Below are positions 8,630 to 17,050 of a DNA stretch of 36,704 nucleotides, piece after piece. Numbering within the stretch: the stretch's first letter is position 1; the number at the start of each line of letters is the position of its first letter. The position numbers and the translations under genes are program-made. The DNA is taken from sequence record DRR378314_543, one strand, 5' to 3'. Below the pieces are notes generated by a model. It saw nothing but the letters and a program-made list of their open reading frames with translations. It was not told the origin of the DNA and ran no database searches.

Positions 8630-10174
8630 ATGTCCGACCCTGTTTCCGCCACTTCCGCTCCCAGCTCCAACGCTTCGGTCACACCCACCACACTGGCCCA
8701 GTGGCAAGCGATGGCCGACACCCTCGCCATTGAGGGCCGCGCCTACGTTAAGGGCAGTTATCGCTGGGCGGTAAACGGTGACACTTTCCCTTCCGTCAGC
8801 CCGGTAGATGGTCGCGAGCTGGCTCAAGTGGCCAGTTGCGACAAGGCCGATGCGGACAAGGCCGTAGCCATCGCGCGAAAAGTCTTTGAGCGCGGCGACT
8901 GGCGGGAACTGGCACCGGCCAAACGCAAGGCAGTGCTGATTCGCTTTGCCGAATTGATCGAAGCCCACGGCGACGAACTGGCCCTGCTGGACACCCTCGA
9001 CATGGGAAAACCCATCAGCCATGCCCGCACGGTGGACGTACCGGCCACCACCCGTGCCATACGCTGGACCGCCGAAGCCATCGACAAGGTGTATGGGGAG
9101 CTCGCCCCCACACCCCACAACCAGATCGGCATGATTTCCCGGGAACCCATGGGCGTGGTGGCCGCCATCGTGCCTTGGAACTTCCCGATGATCATGGCGG
9201 CCTGGAAAGTTGCGCCAGCCCTGGCAACCGGTAACTCGGTGGTTCTCAAGCCGTCGGAAAAGTCGCCGCTTACGGCCATTCGCCTGGCCGCACTGGCCAC
9301 CGAAGCCGGCATCCCCGATGGCGTTTTCAATGTGCTGCCCGGCTTTGGCCACACCGTGGGCAAGGCCCTGGCCCTGCACACGGATGTGGACTGCCTGGTG
9401 TTCACCGGTTCCACCAACGTGGCCAAGCAACTGATGGTCTACGCCGGCCAGTCCAACATGAAACGGGTGTGGCTGGAGGCCGGCGGCAAGAGCCCCAACA
9501 TTGTGTTTGCCGATGCCCCGGACCTGAAAAAAGCCGCCGCCGAAGCCGCCAGTGCCATCGCCTTCAACCAGGGGGAAGTCTGCACCGCTGGTAGTCGGTT
9601 ATTGGTGGAAGAAAGCATCCGCGCTGAATTCGTCGGGCTGATCCGCGAGGCCCTCAAAACCTGGCGCCCTGGCCATCCGCTGGACCCGGCCACCACCTGC
9701 GGCGCCATCGTCGACCAGGCCCAGCTTGATCGCATCATCGACTACATTGGCATCGGCCGGTCCGAAGGGGCAACGCTGGTGGAAGGCGGGCAACGGGTGA
9801 TGGCAGAAACCGGCGGCCTGTTCGTTCAGCCCACGGTGTTTGATGGCGTGAACAACCGCATGCGCATTGCCTCGGAGGAAATCTTCGGGCCGGTGCTCTC
9901 GGTGATCGGGTTCAACACCCCCGAAGAGGCCATAAAAATCGCCAACGAGTCCATCTACGGCCTGGCCGCAGCGGTGTGGACGTCCAACATCAACACCGCC
10001 CACAAAGTGGCCAAGGCACTGCGGGCCGGCAGCGTGTGGATCAACCACTACGACGGCGGCGACATGACCGCGCCCTTCGGCGGCTTCAAGCAGTCCGGCA
10101 ATGGTCGCGACAAGTCCCTGCATGCGTTCGACAAGTACACGGAACTGAAGGCCACCTGGCTGGTGCTTGAATAG
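8630..10174 (+). CDS. puuC: Aldehyde dehydrogenase (gamma-glutamyl-gamma-aminobutyraldehyde dehydrogenase, PuuC/KauB-like)
   Basis: IVPWNFP, KPSEKSP, FTGST, LEAGGKSP, FNQGEVCTAGSR, EEIFGPV and PFGGFKQSGNGRDKSLHA (PuuC-type C-terminus). Confidence 0.9.
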   Translation: MSDPVSATSAPSSNASVTPTTLAQWQAMADTLAIEGRAYVKGSYRWAVNGDTFPSVSPVDGRELAQVASCDKADADKAVAIARKVFERGDWRELAPAKRKAVLIRFAELIEAHGDELALLDTLDMGKPISHARTVDVPATTRAIRWTAEAIDKVYGELAPTPHNQIGMISREPMGVVAAIVPWNFPMIMAAWKVAPALATGNSVVLKPSEKSPLTAIRLAALATEAGIPDGVFNVLPGFGHTVGKALALHTDVDCLVFTGSTNVAKQLMVYAGQSNMKRVWLEAGGKSPNIVFADAPDLKKAAAEAASAIAFNQGEVCTAGSRLLVEESIRAEFVGLIREALKTWRPGHPLDPATTCGAIVDQAQLDRIIDYIGIGRSEGATLVEGGQRVMAETGGLFVQPTVFDGVNNRMRIASEEIFGPVLSVIGFNTPEEAIKIANESIYGLAAAVWTSNINTAHKVAKALRAGSVWINHYDGGDMTAPFGGFKQSGNGRDKSLHAFDKYTELKATWLVLE

Positions 10175-10182
10175 TTCCCACG

Positions 10183-10207
10183 AAAAACGGCGCCCTAAGG
10201 CGCCGTT
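10183..10207 (-). terminator. Intrinsic terminator between convergent puuC and puuA
   Basis: AACGGCGCC-CTAA-GGCGCCGTT forms a 9-bp stem. The A-run on its left gives a U-tract on the minus strand; it may be bidirectional. Confidence 0.8.
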
Positions 10208-10226
10208 ATCGGATGACGGGAAGCAA

Positions 10227-11591
10227 CTAAACCGTGTGCAGGTACCAGAGATATTCCAGGTCCGAAATGGTCATCTCGAACTCGTTCAGTTCGTGCTCTT
10301 TACAGGCAACAAACACATCCAGGAATTCCCTGCCCAGATAATCCGCCATCACCGCTGACTGACCAAGCTCCCGCAGGGCATCCCGCAGGTTGTTCACCAG
10401 ACTGGCTTCGTGCTGTTCGTGAGCATTGCCCACGGTCACCGGCGGTGGTTCGATACGATTCGAGATTCCGTAATGAATGCCGGCCAACACCGCTGCCATC
10501 AGCAGGTAGGGGTTGGCGTCTGCACCCGCAACGCGGTGTTCAATTCGTAGTGCCTCAGGATCTCCGCCCGGCAGGCGCAGGCTCGCCGTGCGGTTGTCCA
10601 CCCCCCAGGTCGGCGCACAGGGCACGTAATACTCCGGGCTGAACCGGCGGTAGGAGTTGATGTTGGGGCAGAACAACGCCATGGCATCGTTCATGGTGGC
10701 CACCAGCCCGCCAACGGCCCAACGCAACCTATCGTTGGGCTCCTCGGCGTCGCCGGCAAATACATTGCGCCCGTCCCGGTCGAGCAGGCTGACGTGCAAG
10801 TGCATGCCGCTACCCGCCTGGTTGTGATAGGGCTTGGCCATGAAGGTGGTGTCCATCTCATGGTCGTAGGCCATGTTCTTGATCAGGCGCTTGAGCAGCG
10901 TGGCGTGGTCGCAGGCCTGCACCGCGTCATTCACGTAGTGCAGGTTGACCTCAAACTGGCCAGGGGCGGATTCCGCCACCAGGGCGTCCGCTGGCAGCTC
11001 CTGCTCATGGGCCGCATCCAGCACATCCGCCAGGAATTCTGCGTATTCGTCCAGATCGTCAATGGAATAGGCCTGGGTGCCCGCCGGGCGCTTGCCGGAA
11101 ATGGGCGATTTGGGTGGCTGGGGGCGGCCGGCCAGGTTTTCCTGGTCGATCAGGTAGAACTCCAGCTCATAGGCTGCGACCGGGGTCAGGCCCAGTTCCT
11201 CGAAACGCTTGACGATGTTTTGCAGCACCACGCGCGGGTCCGCAAAAAACGGCGTCTCGCGATCCAGCTCGTACATGGTCAGCAGCAGTTGGGCGGTAGG
11301 CCGCTTCTGCCAGGGCTCCATGGTGAGCGTGCCGTCAATAGGCAGGCACACTCTGTCGGCCTCGCCAATATCCAGGCCCAGGCCGGTCTCTTCCACGGTA
11401 GTGCCCTGGATATTCAGGGCAAAGATGGACGCCGGCATCGCGATGCCCCGCTCAAACACCTTGCGCAGGGTTGAAGGGTCCACGCGTTTGCCGCGGACAA
11501 TGCCGTTCATATCCGGGATCAGCAGGTCAATAAACTGCAGCTCGGGGTGCGCCTGAAGGAATGCGTCAGCGCTCGCAAAACCAGAACCCAT
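10227..11591 (-). CDS. puuA: Glutamine synthetase-like gamma-glutamylpolyamine synthetase (PuuA/PauA/SpuI-like)
   Basis: DMNGIVRGKR, ELEFYL, ESAPGQFEVN, FMAKP..QAGSGMHLHVS, NSYRRF, WGVDNRT and RIEHRVAGADANPYL motifs, in a polyamine gene context. Confidence 0.87.
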   Translation of the reverse strand: MGSGFASADAFLQAHPELQFIDLLIPDMNGIVRGKRVDPSTLRKVFERGIAMPASIFALNIQGTTVEETGLGLDIGEADRVCLPIDGTLTMEPWQKRPTAQLLLTMYELDRETPFFADPRVVLQNIVKRFEELGLTPVAAYELEFYLIDQENLAGRPQPPKSPISGKRPAGTQAYSIDDLDEYAEFLADVLDAAHEQELPADALVAESAPGQFEVNLHYVNDAVQACDHATLLKRLIKNMAYDHEMDTTFMAKPYHNQAGSGMHLHVSLLDRDGRNVFAGDAEEPNDRLRWAVGGLVATMNDAMALFCPNINSYRRFSPEYYVPCAPTWGVDNRTASLRLPGGDPEALRIEHRVAGADANPYLLMAAVLAGIHYGISNRIEPPPVTVGNAHEQHEASLVNNLRDALRELGQSAVMADYLGREFLDVFVACKEHELNEFEMTISDLEYLWYLHTV

Positions 11592-11710
11592 AAGGTAAGC
11601 CTTTCAAAACTCAAACAGGCCTGTGGCGAGGGGCCGGCACAGGGGTTTCCAAGGCTCCTTTATCCTGCTTTCCGGGGCGTTTTGCAAGATAGGGACATAC
11701 CACAGCTCGC

Positions 11711-12787
11711 CTAATCGTCCTGCTCCCGAATCTTGCCTTCGCGGATGTTCTCACGGGCTTCCTGGTGTTCGTCGCGGTCTGCCTCGGGAACCTCATGTTC
11801 ATCCGCTCTTGAGGGGCGGAAGCACAGTGTGGTCAGTATCGGAAAGTGGTCGGAGCCAAAGGGAGCAAGCCTTTCAATTCTACCCAACGTAAAATGCTCG
11901 GTCGTGAAGACATGGTCCAGAGGCCAGCGCAGGTACCAGCGCTCCGCGTGGAAGCTGTTGAACATGCCTCGTCCCCGACGTGGGTCCAGCATGCCGCTGA
12001 CGCGACAGAACAGCCGTGTGGTGCGGGACCAGGCTACGTCGTTCAGGTCACCGGCCACAATCGCGGGGTCACCGTCTTTGTGAATCTGTTTACCCACCAG
12101 CAGCAGTTCGGCATCGCGCCAAAGGGATTCCTCACTTTCACTGGGCGCGGGTGGGCGCGGGTGCACGGCGTGGAGTTTCACGCGGTCACCCGAGGGCAGC
12201 TTCAGCCATCCGTGGATCGAAGGAATATCGTCCTGAATCAAATAGTTCACTTGAACCTCTTCCAGCGGCAGCCTTGAGTACAGGTGCATGCCGTAGAGGT
12301 TGTCCAGTGGCACACGGATAACGGTCGGCCAGTCACCGAAGGCCACGTCCAATTGATCGCCCCACCACTGATCCGATTCCAGCGTCAGTAACACATCCGG
12401 CCTATGTTCCCGGACCTGGCGAATCAGCCCCTCACTGTTGCGATTGGGCGTCAGTACGTTGGCAATCATCAATGAGACACAACGGTCTTCCTGGCCAGGC
12501 TCGGACGACTGCACCTGCAGGGGCCATAGGCGTGTCCACGGCAGAATTCGATACAACTGCAACATCAGCACCACAGCCAGTATCACAAGTACCCAGGTTC
12601 GCAGCCCGCCACTTCCCAGCCAGAACGCTACAACGGCAACCAACACCGTCAGGCCAACGATCTGAACACGAGGAAACTCACAAGCACGGATCCACCAGTC
12701 ATGGAGGCGCACTTTGCCAAGTACGGTCACCGCCAGCAGGGCAATGGCCAACGTCAGCAGGATGTAGTTAATCAAACGGGCCTCCAT
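11711..12787 (-). CDS. Endonuclease/exonuclease/phosphatase (EEP) family protein with N-terminal transmembrane helices
   Basis: Three hydrophobic N-terminal segments, then ANV, LTLE, HAVHP, AGDLND, LDHVF and GSDHFP motifs. The start may be 12787 or 12817. Confidence 0.85.
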   Translation of the reverse strand: MEARLINYILLTLAIALLAVTVLGKVRLHDWWIRACEFPRVQIVGLTVLVAVVAFWLGSGGLRTWVLVILAVVLMLQLYRILPWTRLWPLQVQSSEPGQEDRCVSLMIANVLTPNRNSEGLIRQVREHRPDVLLTLESDQWWGDQLDVAFGDWPTVIRVPLDNLYGMHLYSRLPLEEVQVNYLIQDDIPSIHGWLKLPSGDRVKLHAVHPRPPAPSESEESLWRDAELLLVGKQIHKDGDPAIVAGDLNDVAWSRTTRLFCRVSGMLDPRRGRGMFNSFHAERWYLRWPLDHVFTTEHFTLGRIERLAPFGSDHFPILTTLCFRPSRADEHEVPEADRDEHQEARENIREGKIREQDD

Positions 12788-13073
12788 GACATAGGTTTTC
12801 CTCAGAACCTCCACCATAAACGATTAGCGGAACGTCTGCAGACTCTCAATAGGTACGCACAACACCGGACTCGTCGTTCGAAAATTTCTCTAGCGCGCCC
12901 TGACTTCTCGTGATACATATCGCGCGAGTACGGTCGGTTCTCTCTGCTCTCTGCCACCGTTTCCAGGACAAGCCTCAAAGGAGCCGCTTGCGGCCACCCT
13001 CAGCAGACCTGCACAACACCGCGTGCGTCCTGCACGCTTTGTATCCATCCCTTTTCAGTGAGGGACAACACCG

Positions 13074-14180
13074 ATGTTGAAGTTGTGTAAGCCTACGGCG
13101 CTGGCCGCCGCTATTGCTGTGTCATTGGGTGCGTCTTCTGCCATGGCGGCGGAAGAAGTGCGTGTATATAACTGGTCGGATTACATCGCCGAGGACACGC
13201 TGGAGAAGTTCACCGCGGAAACCGGCATCAAGGTGATCTACGACGTCTACGACAGTAACGAGATCCTGGAAGCCGCACTGCTCTCCGGCCGCTCCGGCTA
13301 TGATCTGGTGGTGCCTTCCAACCACTACGTGGCCAAGCAGATTTCCGCCGGCGCCTTCGTGGCACTGGACCACGCCAAACTGCCGAACATGGCCAACCTG
13401 AACCCGGACCTGATGGACGATCTGGAAAAGGTGGACCCGGGCAGCCAGTACGCCATTCCCTACCTGTGGGGAACCAATGGCTATGGCTATAACGAGGGCC
13501 GTATCCAGGAAATCCTGGGGGACAGCGCGCCCACGGACTCCTGGGCCCTGGTGTTTGATCCTGCGGTGACGGGGAAACTGGCCGCCGGCGGCTGCGGCAT
13601 TGCCATGCTGGATTCCGGCGAGGAAATGGTGCGCGCGGCCATGGCCTACATCGGCCTGAACCCCAACAGCAACAACGCTGAGGACATCAAAAAAGGCGGT
13701 GAGGTCATCAAGGCAGCACGCCCGAACATCACCTACTTCCATTCCTCCCGTTACATCGCCGACCTGGCCAACGGTGACCTGTGCGTGGCTGCCGGCTATT
13801 CCGGCGACATCCTGCAGGCCGCTGCCCGTGCCGAAGAAGCCGGCAATGGCAATGTGATCCGCTACACCATTCCCAAAGAGGGCGCGGTGCTGTGGTTCGA
13901 CATGATGACCATCCCGGTCGGTGCTCCCAACGTGGAAAACGCCCAAAAACTGATGAACTTCCTGATGCGCCCGGAGATCATCGCGGACGTGACCAACTAC
14001 GTGTGGTACGCCAACCCCAACAAACCCGCCAACGAGTTTGTTGATGCCGAAATCCTCGGCGACACCAGCATCTATCCCACCGATGAAGTGATGAAGAAGC
14101 TGTACATCATGGAAGGTCGGCCACAGGACGCCCAGCGCCTGATGACCCGCACCTGGACCAACGTGAAGTCTGGTCGTTAA
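13074..14180 (+). CDS. potF: Polyamine (putrescine) ABC transporter periplasmic binding protein
   Basis: Signal peptide, then VYNWSDYI, YDVYDSNE, GYDLVVPS, PYLWGT, FHSSRYI, GYSGD and IPKEGA..WFD motifs. Confidence 0.92.
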   Translation: MLKLCKPTALAAAIAVSLGASSAMAAEEVRVYNWSDYIAEDTLEKFTAETGIKVIYDVYDSNEILEAALLSGRSGYDLVVPSNHYVAKQISAGAFVALDHAKLPNMANLNPDLMDDLEKVDPGSQYAIPYLWGTNGYGYNEGRIQEILGDSAPTDSWALVFDPAVTGKLAAGGCGIAMLDSGEEMVRAAMAYIGLNPNSNNAEDIKKGGEVIKAARPNITYFHSSRYIADLANGDLCVAAGYSGDILQAAARAEEAGNGNVIRYTIPKEGAVLWFDMMTIPVGAPNVENAQKLMNFLMRPEIIADVTNYVWYANPNKPANEFVDAEILGDTSIYPTDEVMKKLYIMEGRPQDAQRLMTRTWTNVKSGR

Positions 14181-14183
14181 GGG

Positions 14184-15302
14184 GTGGAAAACGGCAACAG
14201 CGCCTCCGCGAAAGCGGAGGTGCTACTCAGCATTCAGGGCATATCCAAGAGCTTCGACGGCACGCTGGCCGTGAACAATGTGAGCCTGGACATCCACAAG
14301 GGTGAAATCTTCGCCCTGCTGGGTGGTTCCGGCTCTGGCAAATCGACACTGCTGCGAATGCTGGCGGGCTTTGAGGCGCCCAACGCCGGTCGCGTGGTAC
14401 TGGATGGCCAGAACATTACCGCCCTGCCCCCATACCTGCGGCCCACCAATATGATGTTCCAGTCCTACGCGCTGTTCCCCCATATGACGGTGGAGCAGAA
14501 CATTGCCATGGGGCTGAAGCAGGACAAGCTGCCCAAGGGCGAGATCCGCGACCGGGTCGAGGCCATGCTGAAGCTGGTCAAGATGGAGAGCTTTGCCAAA
14601 CGCAAGCCCCAGCAGCTCTCCGGCGGCCAACAGCAGCGTGTGGCCCTGGCCCGTTCCCTGGCCAAACGCCCGAAACTGCTGCTGCTCGACGAACCCATGG
14701 GCGCACTGGACAAGAAACTGCGCACGGAAATGCAGCTGGAACTGGTGGAAATCCTGGAACAGGTGGGCGCCACCTGCCTGATGGTCACCCATGACCAGGA
14801 AGAGGCCATGACCATGGCCAGCCGTATTGCCATCATGGCCCAGGGCCGTATTGCCCAGGTGGGATCCCCCATCGATATCTACGAAAGCCCGAACAGCCGC
14901 ATGACCGCCGAGTTTATCGGCTCCGTGAATATCTTCGAGGCCCGTATCCGTGAGGACGAGTCCGACAGTATTACACTGGAGAGCACCGCCCTGGACGCCC
15001 CGGTGTTCATTGACCGAGGCGTCAGCACCCCGGCGGAGAGCACCGCCACACTGGTTGCCCTGCGCCCGGAGAAAGTCTACATCTCAAGCGAAAAGCCGGT
15101 CGGTGACACTAACTGGAGCCGTGGCACGGTCGACAACATCGCCTATCTGGGGGATATCAGTTGCTACTACGTAAAGCTGGCCAGCGGTCAACGGGTCCAG
15201 GCCACCATGGCCAACGTGGAACGCCGTGGCGAGCGGCCAACCTGGGGCGATACGGTGTTCGTGTCCTGGGAAGCCTCCAGCCCCATCCTGCTGTGGAACT
15301 GA
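14184..15302 (+). CDS. potG: Polyamine ABC transporter ATP-binding protein
   Basis: Walker A GGSGSGKS, FQSYALFPHM, LSGGQQQRVALAR, LLLLDEP and VTHDQEEA, with a TOBE-like C-terminus. Confidence 0.93.
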   Translation: MENGNSASAKAEVLLSIQGISKSFDGTLAVNNVSLDIHKGEIFALLGGSGSGKSTLLRMLAGFEAPNAGRVVLDGQNITALPPYLRPTNMMFQSYALFPHMTVEQNIAMGLKQDKLPKGEIRDRVEAMLKLVKMESFAKRKPQQLSGGQQQRVALARSLAKRPKLLLLDEPMGALDKKLRTEMQLELVEILEQVGATCLMVTHDQEEAMTMASRIAIMAQGRIAQVGSPIDIYESPNSRMTAEFIGSVNIFEARIREDESDSITLESTALDAPVFIDRGVSTPAESTATLVALRPEKVYISSEKPVGDTNWSRGTVDNIAYLGDISCYYVKLASGQRVQATMANVERRGERPTWGDTVFVSWEASSPILLWN

Positions 15303-15306
15303 TACC

Positions 15307-16236
15307 GTGGCCCAAAACCTGACGTCTATCCCGCTGAGGGAGCGGGTGCGTGCCGTGTTGTTCCACCGCCGGGTGGTGTTCGGCATTCCCTTTCTGTGGT
15401 TGCTGCTGTTCTTTCTGCTGCCGTTTGCGCTGGTGCTGAAGATCAGTTTCTCCTCGGCGGTGATGGCCATTCCCCCCTACCAGCCGGTGTTCACCTTTGT
15501 GGACGACACCTTCTCGGTGGTGGTGAATTTCAGCAACTACCTGTTCCTGCTGTCCGACAGCCTGTACATCGCCGCGTACTGGGGCTCGGTCAAGATCGCG
15601 TTCGTTTCCACCCTGGTATGTTTGCTGATCGGCTACCCCATGGCCTATGCCATGGCGCGCGCCTCGGCCAGGATGCAGCTGGTGTTATTGCTGATGGTGA
15701 TGCTGCCGTCGTGGACCTCGTTCCTGATCCGCGTGTACGCCTGGATGGGCATCCTCGGTAACCAGGGCCTGCTGAACAACCTGCTGATGTGGCTGGGTGT
15801 GATCAGCGAGCCGTTGAAACTGCTGAACACCAACTTTGCGGTGGTGCTGGGCATCGCCTACGCCTACCTGCCGTTTATGGTGCTGCCCATCTACACCAAC
15901 CTGGTAAAGCTGGACGTACGCCTTCTCGAAGCAGCATCCGACCTGGGCTGCCGTAGCCTGACCACCTTCTGGGCCATCACGCTGCCGCTGTCGAAAGCGG
16001 GCATCATTGCCGGTTCCATGCTGGTGTTCATACCTGCGGTGGGCGAGTTCGTGATTCCGGAACTGCTGGGCGGGCCAGATACCCTGATGATCGGCAAGGT
16101 GCTTTGGGAAGAGTTCTTCAACAACCGCGACTGGCCGGTGGCGTCTTCCCTGGCCATCGTGATGCTGGCGTTGCTGCTGATCCCCATAGTGCTGTTCCAT
16201 CGACTCCAGGCGAGGGAGATGGAAAAGGATGGTTAA
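15307..16236 (+). CDS. potH: Polyamine ABC transporter permease
   Basis: Multiple TM segments, PSWTSFLIRVYAW, EAASDLG loop and NNRDWPVAS. Start set at GTG 15307, just after the potG stop. Confidence 0.9.
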   Translation: MAQNLTSIPLRERVRAVLFHRRVVFGIPFLWLLLFFLLPFALVLKISFSSAVMAIPPYQPVFTFVDDTFSVVVNFSNYLFLLSDSLYIAAYWGSVKIAFVSTLVCLLIGYPMAYAMARASARMQLVLLLMVMLPSWTSFLIRVYAWMGILGNQGLLNNLLMWLGVISEPLKLLNTNFAVVLGIAYAYLPFMVLPIYTNLVKLDVRLLEAASDLGCRSLTTFWAITLPLSKAGIIAGSMLVFIPAVGEFVIPELLGGPDTLMIGKVLWEEFFNNRDWPVASSLAIVMLALLLIPIVLFHRLQAREMEKDG

Positions 16237-17047
16237 GTCGCAGCCGTTCAGTTTCTCGAAGGTGATGCTGGTACTGGGCCTGCTGTTCCTGTACCTGCCG
16301 ATGCTGGTGTTGATCGTCTATTCCTTCAACGCCTCACGCCTGGTGTCGGTATGGGCGGGGTTCTCGGTTCACTGGTACGGCGAACTGTTCCGCGATCAGC
16401 AGATTCTCTCAGCGGTATGGATGAGCCTGAAGATTGCCTTCTACTCCGCCAGTATGGCGGTGTGCCTGGGCACCCTGTGCGCCTTCGTAATGACCCGGTT
16501 CAAGCGTTTGCGGGGGCGCACGCTGCTGTCCAGCATGATCAGTGCGCCGCTGGTCATGCCCGAGGTCATCACTGGCTTGTCGCTGTTGCTGCTGTTCGTG
16601 CAGATGGCGCAAACCATCGGTTGGCCGGTGGATCGGGGCATGGCTACGATATGGATTGCCCACACCACCTTCTGTAGCGCCTACGTGGCCGTCGTGGTGA
16701 GCGCCCGGTTGCGGGAGGTGGATCGTTCCGTGGAGGAAGCCGCCATGGACCTCGGCTGTACACCGCTGAAGACGTTCTTCGTGATCACCCTGCCGGTGAT
16801 TGCGCCGGCGCTGGTGTCCGGATGGCTACTGGCATTCACGCTGTCGCTGGACGACCTGGTCATCGCCAGCTTTGTCTCCGGGCCCGGGGCGACTACACTG
16901 CCAATGGTGGTATTCTCCTCCGTGCGAATGGGGGTGTCACCCAAGATCAACGCACTGGCCACGATCATTATCCTGACGGTGTCCCTCATTGCATTCATTG
17001 CCTGGTATTTGATGCGACGAGGCGAGGAAAAACGGAAAAGGAGCTAA
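16229..17047 (+). CDS. potI: Polyamine ABC transporter permease
   Basis: FLYLPMLVLIVYSFN, PLVMPEVITG, EEAAMDLG and FTLSLDDLVIASF motifs. It overlaps the potH stop. Confidence 0.92.
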   Translation: MVKSQPFSFSKVMLVLGLLFLYLPMLVLIVYSFNASRLVSVWAGFSVHWYGELFRDQQILSAVWMSLKIAFYSASMAVCLGTLCAFVMTRFKRLRGRTLLSSMISAPLVMPEVITGLSLLLLFVQMAQTIGWPVDRGMATIWIAHTTFCSAYVAVVVSARLREVDRSVEEAAMDLGCTPLKTFFVITLPVIAPALVSGWLLAFTLSLDDLVIASFVSGPGATTLPMVVFSSVRMGVSPKINALATIIILTVSLIAFIAWYLMRRGEEKRKRS

Positions 17048-17050
17048 CCA

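Noticed and set aside
11603-11613. TTCAAAACTCA upstream of puuA also occurs at about 31373-31383
   Set aside because: It is a single 11-bp match in unrelated contexts, compatible with chance.
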